Shown here piece after piece: positions 12,517-24,075 of a DNA stretch of 64,000 bases. Under the pieces are notes generated by a model. It did not search any database. It was not told the origin of the DNA and saw only the letters and a list, made by a program, of their open reading frames with translations. The DNA is from Octopus bimaculoides. Taxonomy: Eukaryota. The stretch is from the NCBI RefSeq assembly GCF_001194135.2, contig NC_068989.1, forward strand, positions 44,227,373 to 44,291,372, written 5' to 3'. Every line of letters starts with the position of its first letter. Position 1 is the stretch's first letter. The position numbers and the translations under genes were made by a program.

Positions 12517-12618
12517 ATGAAAGGGCTGGAAAAAATACTAAGAGGAATTATAAAATATCAGATTACTGATAAGGTTCGGGTGAAATTGAACCCGCAAAAT
12601 ATAATTGAATATCCCACT
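12517..12618 (+). CDS. bca: Beta-CA coding exon 1
   Basis: MKGLEKILRGIIKYQITDKVRVKLNPQNIIEYPT resembles the metazoan beta-CA N-terminus (M-[DE]-[RK]-I-L-R-G-I-x-[RK]-Y). Donor ACT|GTAAGT. Confidence 0.88.
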
Positions 12619-15600
12619 GTAAGTATCATTAATATCGTTGTTGTTTTGTGTTGCTTTCATTATACGATGTTTTCAAACACAACACTGTGCTTCCACGATA
12701 ATATTAGTCTTTAAAAGCCTCAAGTTTTAAATAAAGTAAAGAATATTTCAAGCAGCATACTATTTTGTCTCAGTTTTTATTTCCAGTCCGATTCTTACTA
12801 ACATCATCTTTAGCTTATATGTTTTAGTGATTATACTTAAGCAACGTTTAACCCGGTTGATACATGGATGGGAGTCTGGTTGGAAATCAAGCGCCGACAA
12901 ACCAGTGAGGGAACTTTGAGGTAGTCACTCGAATTGCTTCAAATAGTTGTCAAATGTCCATCAAAACACATTCTACAAACTTTAAAAACATACATTGGAT
13001 AATGTAGAATTAGATATGCAAGATGCTATGATCATTGACTGTCTTTTTTCACAGGTCTGCTCGATCGAGATCGACTTGGGACTAAACAACAACTAGTACT
13101 GAGAGAAAGCAACGTTAGTATTTACTTAACGCGACATTATATAGAATATCAGAGATGCTTATTATATGTCTAATGTTGCAATTTCTGTTAAATGAAAAGT
13201 GAATTAATAAAGTCATTGCAAATTTTGTGTTTCCAAAACTAACACTGGCAAAAGAAAACATAAAGCTTGAAAAATCAGGCATATATTATAAGTTAAGGAG
13301 AACATGTCCTCAAAATATATTGAAAGTGCAGTGCTTTATTCATTCTTGCTAACCACTTGAATGTTGATTTTGTCATAAGAAGGCATAATGATACCTGAGA
13401 CAGCGGTTCGGATTTACATCACTCTTTGACCCTACAGTGTCCCACTTTCACCCCACACTGTCCCACTCAGACTGTGTTTTGCTTTGTGTAATGGCTCCCG
13501 TCTGTTACCAATGCTACATTTTCATGCCTATGCGTTTCATTGAATGATATTTCGTCCCAGTTTTAATTATAAAATAATTGCTTTGTAAGCGTTCCTCTCG
13601 TTGAACGGTTCATAAATTTTTATCCTCCACTACTATCACCCCCTACAATCTTGTTTCATATTTTTCGACCTTCAAAAAGTTTTAATTCCCTTGCATTATA
13701 ATGTTTCTTCTCTTTTGTTTTTGTCCTTTCTTCCTGAATAGATTTTCTCCATTTCTTTAAATGACTTTAGTTATTGTACTTAGGATCCAATTATTTAACA
13801 CTGAATCTAAAAATCTAATCGGCAATCTCTATTCAATTCGTCCTGTTAGCTACGCTATTAGATATATCGGATGTGTGTAAGAAAATGAAAATATCTGTGT
13901 ATAATTTGAAACAATTGTATCACAGAGACTTTAAACATGATTTTAAAAAAATATATAATTGTACTTTTATTTGGCATTTCCATTTTTTCTAATGCCTTCT
14001 TTTTTTACTTTACCTTTCCATTTTCTCTCCTCTGCATTTTATTTGCCCATGTGGAATGAATGGATCTGATTCCGTGCTTGTACACATGTCTGTTACTCTA
14101 AATTATTAATTAACAAACCGACTGCTATAACCTTACAGAAGGTATATACTTTTGGTTACACAAACTGAACATATTGAACTGGGTTATGCCGAAAGTATGT
14201 TACATGTTATTGTAATTTTAAACAATCATCTCAAAAGATTATTTTCAATACTCTATCTATAATATAGTGATAATGCTGTACATATTTGAGGGGATGCCTC
14301 CCCAACAAATTCTTATTTCAAGGCTATTTCTTGTCAGTGCTCTGCATTCTATGCTTCAGATTGTGCTAATGACTTCCAGATAAGGGAGATTTAATCCCCC
14401 AATACTAACAACTGACTTCAGTTTATCTATGAAATGGAGCAGGGCCTGATTATAGTCTTTCACTGTACAGAATATTCTTAGAGAGAGAGAGAGAGAGAGA
14501 GAGAGAGTGTGTGTGTGTGTGTACATGTGTATATGTATATGAATGAATGTGTGTGTATGTGTATATACATATTCTTTTACTTGTTTCAGTCATTTGACTG
14601 TGGTCATGCTGGAGCACCGCCTTAATGGGTTTTTTTAGCTGAAGAAATCAACCCCAGGACTTATTCTATTGGTCTCTTTTGTCGAACTGCTAAGTTACGG
14701 GGACGTAAACATGCCAACATCTCTTGTCTATCGATGGTGCCAGGACAAACACAGACACAAAAATGCACACACACACATATACATATTTTGATAGAAAGGA
14801 TAACAAAAGAAAGAAAGAGACCTCGATATTATGTAAATAGAGGAATTTATCTGTAAAAACCCACGCCACCATCTCCTCATGGCCTGATAACTGAGGAGAT
14901 GGCGGCGTGGGTTCCCACCCCGGCATCCGAAACTCAGAGTTTTATCATGGCTACCGAATGAGTGTCACATATTTTTACAGGTATATATATATATATGATG
15001 AGCTTTTTTCAGTTTCTGTCTACCAAATCCACTTACAAGGTTTTGGTTGGCTCGAGACTATAGTTGAAAACAGTTGCCCAAGGTACCACACAGTGGGACT
15101 GAACCCAGAACCATTTGGTTGGGAAGCACACTTGCACCTACACACACACACAAAGTTTTTCTGTACATCATCCTGTGATGCATCTAGACACATCATCAAT
15201 GATGTTTTTTAGAGTTACACACACACAGTTATTCTTTGATTAGATAGCTTTCAATGTTTTCCACTTTGCTCCCAAATGAAGGATCTACCCATCTTGAGCT
15301 TATTTTTCAAGAAATACAAGGTGGTGCTGAAAAGTTCCTGGCTCTAAGGGTATTACGAAAGGCCTGGTTGGAGGTCCAACCATCTGAGTTCTTTTACAGG
15401 GCTTAGAAAAACTGAAGGAACACTGCAATAAATATGCAAATCTGAGAATGGAATATGTTGAATAAAATCATAATTAACTGATCCTCCTGTATTTTCTTTT
15501 ACTCAAAGCTATAAATTTTTCAGTACCCACCTCATACACCTGATGCATCATGGCCAGTGCATAGAAAATTAACCAATGCCCTTTATTGATTTTAGATTTT

Positions 15601-16838
15601 TGAACTTCCACTAAGACACTATCTCTGTTAGTGTTAAGCATAATAGTTTTGAGTCAATGACTGACTGAGTTTAAAGTGCTGGAATTGATCACATGATCAT
15701 AAGTTCAAATTATTTTATAGTTATTGTGTTATTTTTCCAATGAAGACATATAATTCTGCTAATTTCAGTTTGCCTGACTGGCAAAAAGACAGATTCTACT
15801 TCATTACTGAATGGTTTCTGTAGAAAGAGCATTTAACTTGAATATTAATTCCTCTGACAAAAATGTCATCTCACTCACGAATGCCCCTTGAATATTGGTA
15901 AGGAGTTAACTGTATCCTGATAATTTCCACCAGATATCAAAATACTGACATCATGATTGTTGCTCAGTACACTGTGAACACGGTAAAAGCTGTAAGATGT
16001 GACATGGACAGAAGCCATAGCCGGCAGGTGTTCTGATTGCATCTACATGCTGGAATTCATCCCTACATCTTTGAAGGAGTCTTAAGCTCAATTCAGACAG
16101 CAATATGAAGCTGCTGGTGAGTGGTCAATCCCCAGGTTGCTGGTGGAAGGCCATATGTGTGGCAACAGGATTTAGTTCCCTGTCGTACCTCCTGAAAAAG
16201 TCAGAAATGGTTGTTGAAGAATTCCTACAACTTCAACATCCCTAATTTCTGGCCTCCCTAATTCCCTTAGTAATCATTGATTACTAAGTGTGGGACACAG
16301 TTGAGAAAGACACCAACCATTCTGCCTCTAAAACCAAGGCCAAGCTGGTATCCAAGATTAAAAAAACAGTTGTTCAAAGATCTTCCTAAGGATACTGAGA
16401 AGAATACATGTGCCAGATTCTTGGGCTGTCTTGAGGCCATGGTGGAAGCTGATAGTGGTTACTTTGATTAAACTTTTCCAGCCATAATCTAATTGATATT
16501 TTTTGATGTTTTAAAATACTTTCATTTTTGGATTGGATATTGTGTTTTCTGTTCCTTTTATGCAAACTGTCCAATTTATCCTGAACACCCTGTATATGTC
16601 TGTGTTACTGTCTTGTTGCCATGACATCATGTAATAGTTGTAAGCAAGTGTCACTGTCATGCCAACAGTGTCCTTTGTTTCCAGTCTTCCATGTTTGGTC
16701 TTATGGAATATTGCCTTTCTTGGAAACAGGTGAGGGTTGGCAATAGGAAGGACATTGGGTCATAGAAAATCCGCCTCAACAAAATTTCATTTGTCACATG
16801 CAAGTATGGAAAAGTGAATGTTAAACTGATGGTGTGTG

Positions 16839-16885
<47 letters not shown>

Positions 16886-19800
16886 GTTGTATGCTGTTAA
16901 CTTAATGTGACAGTTCCATGAAGGGAATAATACTAAAGCTATTTAGCCCTAGGAAGCAGCACTGCATCCAGAGACATGTTTCTGAGTCTGCTTGTCATCA
17001 GTCTGAAGTAGCAATGGCCTGACACACACATATATGTGTGTGTATATATATGTATANNNNNNNNNNAAGAAAACACGGACAGGTCATTCGGAGTTTTCTC
17101 TCTTCAGTCGAGATCCAGATTATCCTTGCAATTTCTGCTGGTTATTCTCGATATTGCTCCAATCTGTCCACCCCAAGGAAAAACTAAGCTAAGAGCATTA
17201 GATTCCTTGGAAGAAAGCAGGGAATGTATACAAAAACAAGGACGGAAAAAAATGAACAATGTTACACAAATACAGTAGGAATAATAACGGGACATGACAA
17301 CAGATGTCTTTCGACTAAGGACAAATAAAATTAAGCTGGCGTATATGGAAATAAAGCCTTACAGCTGGGATACAAGATTTCACAGACACAGGAAGAAATA
17401 ACGATGTTGCACGCATGATGTTGCACGCCCAAGAAATTGGGCCTCATGGAGGCAATGACAGATGACCGAGACCCTTGTGTAGACCTGTCATGCCAAGTGA
17501 GACCATAGTCGTGGCGGATGTTGGTATCAATCAATGGCAACCATGTCGGTGGCATGTAAAAAACACTTGCTATGCTCTTGGAGTGGTTGGTGTTAGGAAG
17601 GGCATCCAACCATACAAACCTTGCCAAATAGAACCTTGTGCAGCTCCCCAGCTCCAGCTTACCACTTTTCAGTCAAACTGTCCAACCTATGCCAGCATGG
17701 AAAAACAGACAATAAATGATGATGATGGTTATATATATATATATATATATATNNNNNNNNNNNNNNNNNNNNNNNNNNNNNNNNNNNNNNNNNNNNNNNN
17801 NNNNNNNNNNNNNNNNNNNNNNNNNNNNNNNNNNNNNNNNNNNNNNNNNNNNNNNNNNNNNNNNNNNNNNNNNNNNNNNNNNNNNNNNNNNNNNNNNNNN
17901 NNNNNNNNNNNNNNNNNNNNNNNNNNNNNNNNNNNNNNNNNNNNNNNNNNNNNNNNNNNNNNNNNNNNNNNNNNNNNNNNNNNNNNNNNNNNNNNNNNNN
18001 NNNNNNNNNNNNNNNNNNNNNNNNNNNNNNNNNNNNNNNNNNNNNNNNNNNNNNNNNNNNNNNNNNNNNNNNNNNNNNNNNNNNNNNNNNNNNNNNNNNN
18101 NNNNNNNNNNNNNNNNNNNNNNNNNNNNNNNNNNNNNNNNNNNNNNNNNNNNNNNNNNNNNNNNNNNNNNNNNNNNNNNNNNNNNNNNNNNNNNNNNNNN
18201 NNNNNNNNNNNNNNNNNNNNNNNNNNNNNNNNNNNNNNNNNNNNNNNNNNNNNNNNNNNNNNNNNNNNNNNNNNNNNNNNNNNNNNNNNNNNNNNNNNNN
18301 NNNNNNNNNNNNNNNNNNNNNNNNNNNNNNNNNNNNNNNNNNNNNNNNNNNNNNNNNNNNNNNNNNNNNNNNNNNNNNNNNNNNNNNNNNNNNNNNNNNN
18401 NNNNNNNNNNNNNNNNNNNNNNNNNNNNNNNNNNNNNNNNNNNNNNCAACCATGTCGGTGGCATGTAAAAAACACTTGCTATGCTCTTGGAGTGGTTGGT
18501 GTTAGGAAGGGCATCCAACCATACAAACCTTGCCAAATAGAACCTTGTGCAGCTCCCCAGCTCCAGCTTACCAGCTTTGGTCAAACTATCCAACCCATGT
18601 CAGCACGGCAAATGGATGTTTGATGATAATGATGATGCCGTTTCTTTATTCTTCATTTTTTTTTTCCTTTCAGCCTAATTTCCTGTTTATTTCCTGCATT
18701 GATAACCGTGTTCTGCCATCACAATTCACCAAAATAGATTGTGGTGATGCTTATATTGTTCGAAATGCAGGTAATCTGTTTCCTCCAAGAGATGCTATTA
18801 CATTCAATACTGTGACAGCTGAAGCTGGTGCAATCGAAGTTGCCTGTCACCTCAACAACGTACGACATATATTTGTGTGTGGACATTCAGACTGCAAGGT
18901 AAGTTCACTTCACTCACAGACCAATTTCTTTCTTTTATTAGAGCCAAGCTTGTATGAATACTGGCTTTCTCAAACTTTGTTATGGAACATAAATATGCTT
19001 GATTCTGCATATTGTAGAACAAAGCTTCTCCATGTTCAATAGAAAATAGGCAATTTCCATTCATTTGAGGCTGGTTCCGCTTTCTGTGGATCCAAGCTTC
19101 TTTGAATGCTAGCTACAACAAAATTTTGTTATAGAACACAAATATTCTTGACTCTGCATGCTATTGAACAAAGTTTCTCTGTCTTCTAGGAATTGAATGG
19201 ATTTGGTTGATGAAAACTGAAAGAAGCTTATATATATATATATATATATATCATCCATCATTTTAAGTCCGGGTTTTGTCCCCATTAACAGGGGGTGGCC
19301 AGATCTACCTCAGTGCTATAGCAACCGCCCTCACACCATCTCGCTATCTTGCCCAGTTTTGGGCATCCTCCCTTCTCAAGCCAACCCTCCCAATCTCCTC
19401 CACCTGTCCCCTCCACATTTTCCTTGGTCTACTTCACTTTCACCCTCCTCAGAACATGCTCTTCATCTCTCCTCAACACATGCCCATACCACCACACTCC
19501 ATTCGCTCTTGCCAGCTGTTCCACTGGTTCCTCCAACCCCCAGCATCCTCATCAAGTCTTCAATTCTCCTCTTATCAAACAGTCTCATGCCACGCATTTC
19601 TCTCACCGTTGCCCTCTCAGTCCTTCTCAAAATTACTGTCTCTCTCTCCCCTTCAAACACCATGTCTCACTACCATACAGCATTGTAGCTCTCACACAAC
19701 TGCTATAGACCTTTCCTTTTGTCTTCAATGATAACCTTTTCCCATATAACAATGCTCTACATTCCCTGAACTTCACCCAGTCAAGTCTCGCTCTTGCTGT

Positions 19801-20048
19801 CACAGCTACTTCACGTTCACCCTATCTCCCAAATAACAAAACCCTCTCACCATCTCCACCTCATCACATAGTGCTTCTACTGACTTCGCCAGCCCTCCTT
19901 TGCTATTATCATGAGGTTTTTTCGGAGCTGGATTTTCTATGGAGAGCATGCCCTTGCTTACCCCCCAACCTCAGTTTCTAGACATGAGTGGTCCCGAGAC
20001 CAAGGCCTCTGCCACAATTTTTAAGAAATGTGGTGGAATATATGTATG

Positions 20049-20081
<33 letters not shown>

Positions 20082-20323
20082 GCACAGAGGAGGGGTTGCT
20101 GAAAAGTTCCTGGCATTGGGCAAAAGAAAATATAGGAGGATCAGTTAATTATGATTTTATTCAACATATTCCCCTCTCAGATCCACTTACTTATTGCAGT
20201 GGTCCTTCAGTTTTTCTAAGCCTTGTATAAGAACTCAGAAATTTGGGCCTCTAACCAGACCTTTTGTGATACCCTTAAAGCCAGGAACTTTGCAGTACCC
20301 CATTGTGTGTATGTGTGTACACG

Positions 20324-20395
<72 letters not shown>

Positions 20396-22853
20396 AAGTA
20401 GCAAGGGCTTTAATTGATCCAATCTACAGCCTGCTTGTGAAATTAACATGCAAGTGGTTGAGCACTCCACAGACACATGTACCCTTAATGTAGTTCTCAG
20501 GGAGATTCAGTGTGACAAGACAGGCCCTTGTAAAATACAGGTACTACTCATTTTTGCTAGCTGAGTGAACTGGAGTAATGTGAAATAAAGTGTCTTGTTC
20601 AAGGGCACAACGCACCACTGGGAATCAAACTCACGACCTTATGATAGTGATCGAATACCCTAACCATTAAGCCACATGCCTTATATATTTATCTAAGAAA
20701 AATAGAAGTGAGTGAGTGTTGACAGTAGGTCAGATGGTGATGAGAGAGAGTGAAATGGTACTTGCATTAGTGCACATGTGTGCACACACTCACACAGAGG
20801 GTATTGGAATTAAAGGACAAGATTACTGATCAGAAAATACCAATTGTATTTTTTGGTAGATATTTAACATCATGAAAGGTATCCAGCCATAGAAATCATG
20901 CCAAATCAGATTGGAGCCTGGTGCAGCTTGCCACCTCTGGTCAAACTGTCAACCCATGCCAATATGGAAAACAGATGTTAAATGATGTTTCCATGCTGGC
21001 ATGGGTTTGATGCCTTGACAGAAACTGGCAAGATCAGGGGCTGCACCAGGTTCCATAGTCTGTTTTGGCTTGGTTTCTACAGCTGGATGCTCTTCTTAAT
21101 GCCAGCTACTTTACAGAGAGTGCTGGATACTTTTTATGTGGCACCATCACCGGTGCATTTTATGTGACACCTGCACCAATGCTTTTTATATGGTACCAAC
21201 ACCAGTGCTTTTTTTACATGGCACCAGCACCAACACTAGTCCTAAGACCAATTTAATTGACTAAACCCTCCCCCAAAATCTCATGTTTTGTGCCTGTATT
21301 AAAAATCATTATTATTTTTCTAAAAATTTTATAAACGGTTATTATTGTTATTATTTTTTTCAGGCCATGAATCTTCTGTTCAGTTTAAAAAATCAATGCC
21401 ATACACATGCAGGGACTCCTCTTCAAATGTGGTTAAAGAAATATGGTGTTGCAAGTGTTAGAAAATTTGACCAACTGGACAGTAAATTTGTTGGACCTCT
21501 TACTTTCCAAGGCCGATTTAGCCAACTCAATTTCCAAGTAAATATTGATCCAGAAAACAAGTTTCCTATTGAAGATAAATTATCTCAGGTTTGACAACCA
21601 TAATTTATATTATTTTACGTTTTTTTTTTTGTGTCTGTTATTTCTAACAATATAGCTGGTGGAGTGGCTGTTTACTTCCCCATCACATGGCTCCGGGTTC
21701 AATCCTATGCATTGTACCATGAGCAATGACCTGACATCTGTTACTTCAGGACTGAATTAATTTCTTGCAAAATGATAGAGTAATATTGTTCCATTTGTTT
21801 TTCAATAATTCCCAGAGTTTATCTTGGTTTTTTTTTTATTTCTCCTTTGTGCCCCATCTCCAATAATCTTCCAAACGTTTTCTATAGGGTTGAGATTGTG
21901 ACTTTGAGGTGGCCAGTCCATGAGATCAACCCCTTCATCACTCAAAAAATCTTTGACTCTCTTCGCAGTGTAACAGGGAGTGTTGTCCTGCACAAAGATA
22001 GGAGATTGAACTGGTGAGGATTGGAGATGTGGAAGGGTATGATATCTAAGAATCTGCTTGCAGACTTCAGCATTGACAGTCCCTTGTAGGCAAATAAGTG
22101 GACGAGAACCAGTAGCAGAAATTACTCCCTGTACCATTACACTGCCTCCTCCATATTTCAGTGTCTTCTTCACACATGCATGAGATAACCTTTTGCCACT
22201 TCTTCATCAAACATACATCCTGCCATCGGAATCAATCACATTAAACTTTGATTCATCGCTAAAATGAACCTGTGACCACTGTTCTTCTGTCCAAACGACA
22301 TTTTCATGAGTGAAATGATGACAGGCTCTTTGATTCTTCTTGGAGATCAGAGGTTTCTTTGCTGGTGCCTGCTGAGCAAGCAACCCAGAACCTCATAACC
22401 TCTGAGAAACTGTTTTGTGTGATATGTTGACCGAAATAGAGCTAAACTTGCAAGATATCTCAGCAGCACTCTTAAACCTATCCTTCAGGGACATTCTAAC
22501 CATAATACGATCCTGTCTTGGTGAAGTTTTACAAGGTCTACTGGTTTTGGGTTTAGCGTCTCTCGATCCTGATGACTTAAAGCAAGCTACAATTCATTGC
22601 ACAATGCTTCTAGACTTTCTACAGTAGTTGCTATCACAGAATTTGACTTGCCCTCTTGGTGAAGGCACACAATCCATTGTAAAGTGGTTGGTATTAGGAA
22701 GAGCATCAAGCTATAGAAACCATTCCAAATCAGACTAGAATTTTGTGTAACCCCACTGGCTTGCCAGCCCTGGTCACACCGTCCAACCCATGCTAGCATA
22801 TGGACAATGGATGTTAAATGGTAATGGGTAATGATGATGATGATATACTTATA

Positions 22854-22907
<54 letters not shown>

Positions 22908-23148
22908 TGTGTATTTCTTCTATCTTAATGATATATATATATATATACACACTCTTTTATTTGTTTCAGTCATTTGACTGCAGCCATGCTGGAGCACCAC
23001 CTTTAGTCAACCAAATCAACCCCAGGACTCATTCTTTGTAAACCTAGAACTTATTCTATCAGTCTCTTTTACTGAAGTGCTAAGTTTCGGGTATGTAAAC
23101 ACACCAGCATTGGTTGTCAAGCGATGGTGGGGGGACAAACATACAAAC

Positions 23149-23220
<72 letters not shown>

Positions 23221-23562
23221 CGGGCGTCTTTCAGTTTCCATCTACCAAATCCACTCACAAGGCTTTGGTCTGCCCTAGGCTATAGTAGAAGACACTTGCC
23301 CAAGGTGTCACACAGTGGGACTGAATCCAGAACCATGTGGTTGGTAAGCAAGCTACTTACCACACACCCACTCCTGCTCCATATATATATATATACATAT
23401 ACACTCTCTGAGTGGTTGGCGTTAGGAAGGGCATCCAGCTGTAGAAACTCTGCCAGATCAGATTGGAGCCTGGTGTGGCCATCTAGTTCGCCAGTCCTCA
23501 GTCAAATCGTCCAACCCATGCTAGCATGGAAAGCAGACATTAAACGATGATGATGATAATGA

Positions 23563-23620
<58 letters not shown>

Positions 23621-24075
23621 CTTCGTGTTTGTATTTGATAACTGGTATTGGTTTGTTTACATCCCCGTAACATATCACTTCAGCAAAAGAGATGAATAAG
23701 ATCAGTACCAGACTTACAGTAAATATTGGGGTTGATTTGTTTGACTAAAACCTTTTAAGGCAGTGCTCCAGCATGGCCGCAGTACAGTGACTGAAACCAG
23801 TGAAAGAAAAATAAAACTTTGTAAATTCCAAGACTGATCAAGCCATTCTTTCTCTGTACATTTCACAGGTAAACTGCCTTCAACAACTGCAACATATTGC
23901 CACTTTTCCAATTCTACACGACAAGCTGTCCAAGAACCAAATTCGTCTCCATGCCATTTGGATCGACGTTCGCACGGGTAACGTTTTCATCTTCAGCCGA
24001 GATGAAAAACAATTTGTTGAGATTACTGACCGGAACTACTTACAGCTTGTACGTGAGTGTTTCCCTGTTGATTAG
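12517..24075 (+). CDS. bca: Beta-class carbonic anhydrase, complete 4-exon gene model (join 12517-12618, 18674-18898, 21364-21588, 23869-24075; 252 aa)
   Basis: All introns are GT-AG and phase 0, and the joined frame is open. Protein: MKGLEKILRGIIKY..YPT|PNFLFISCIDNR..VRNAGN..VCGHSDCK|AMNLL..IDPENKFPIEDKLSQ|VNCLQQLQHIATF..LHAIWIDVRTGNVFIFSR..PVD*. It matches the metazoan beta-CA pattern throughout. Confidence 0.95.
15317..15534. mobile_element. Mariner-type MITE (related copy at ~20088-20304)
   Basis: TA-flanked imperfect TIRs CAAGGTGGTGCTGAAAAGTTCCTGGCT / AGCTATAAATTTTTCAGTACCCACCTCA. The second copy has GGGGTTGCTGAAAAGTTCCTGGC / GCCAGGAACTTTGCAGTACCCC and a homologous interior. Confidence 0.75.
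15890..16593 (+). mobile_element. Degenerate Tc1/mariner fragment, copy 2 of the 9780-10425 family, with right TIR
   Basis: Collinear with 9780-10425. Ends CAATTTATCCTGAACACCCTG|TA. Confidence 0.7.
16968..17006 (-). ncRNA. Minimal type-I hammerhead-ribozyme-like motif (family 1, copy in beta-CA intron 1, antisense)
   Basis: Minus strand reads TCAGA-CTGATGA-CAAG-CAGA-CTCA-GAAA-CATGTC-TCTGG. The CUGAUGA and GAAA core and the GUC triplet are intact, helix I is (C)AGA/TCTG, and helix II is degenerate. Confidence 0.5.
18674..18898 (+). CDS. bca: Beta-CA coding exon 2 (catalytic: all three Zn ligands)
   Basis: Acceptor ttttcctttcag|CCT and donor AAG|GTAAGT; 225 nt. Encodes SCIDNR (Cys at 18695), VRNAGN and GHSDCK. 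Confidence 0.96.
19300..19900 (-). mobile_element. Degenerate 3' part of an RTE-clade LINE
   Basis: Minus-strand frames give VILRRTERATVREM..RRIEDLMRMLG and a frameshifted R-W-x-GHV-type region typical of RTE ORF C-termini. Confidence 0.7.
21364..21588 (+). CDS. bca: Beta-CA coding exon 3
   Basis: Acceptor ttttttcag|GCC and donor CAG|GTTTGA; 225 nt. Encodes AMNLLFSL..TPLQMWL..GPLTF..IDPENKFPIEDKLSQ. Confidence 0.93.
21800..22660 (-). mobile_element. Degenerate Tc1 (DD34E) transposon
   Basis: KYGGGSVMV..FVQDNTPCYTAKRV..WPPQSHNLNPIENVW, plus upstream WTEEQWSQVHFSDESKF. Boundaries approximate. Confidence 0.9.
23408..23565 (+). mobile_element. High-copy SINE/LINE-tail family with (GAT)n tail (representative copy)
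   Basis: Core GAGTGGTTGGCGTTAGGAAGGGCATCCAGCTGTAGAAACTCTGCC..CAACCCATGCTAGCATGGAAAGC..(GAT)n. Recurs on + at ~17560, 18447, 20870, 22680, 33890, 35100, 44850, 54170, 61470 and 62325, and on - at ~20990, 49985, 50290, 55930 and 58400. Confidence 0.85.
23869..24075 (+). CDS. bca: Beta-CA coding exon 4 (terminal)
   Basis: Acceptor catttcacag|GTA. Encodes VNCLQQLQHIATFPILHDKLSKNQIRLHAIWIDVRTGNVFIFSRDEKQFVEIT..CFPVD, then TAG at 24073-24075. Confidence 0.93.
   Translation, partial: VNCLQQLQHIATFPILHDKLSKNQIRLHAIWIDVRTGNVFIFSRDEKQFVEITDRNYLQLVRECFPVD

Noticed and set aside
17081-17110. Minus-strand CTGAAGA-GAGAAAACTC-CGAAT, a possible third hammerhead
   Set aside because: The GAAA is broken, there is an extra nucleotide after helix II, and no helix I pairing is visible.
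17538-18573. Identical 127-nt segments (17538-17664 and 18447-18573) on either side of an assembly gap
   Set aside because: Both are pieces of a high-copy SINE tail next to a gap. Misassembly or simple local duplication is more likely than biology, and only long reads can decide.
18899-19042. In-frame extension of ORF 18530-19042 beyond HSDCK
   Set aside because: It is intron read-through. The strong GTAAGT donor and the in-phase AMNLL exon at 21364 give the conserved HSDCKAMN.
20194-20493. ORFs rich in HT/VC/YI dipeptides (also 23016-23550, 26963-27248, 31268-31599, 44576-44977, 45743-46063)
   Set aside because: They are translations of (CA)n, (TA)n and (TACA)n microsatellites.
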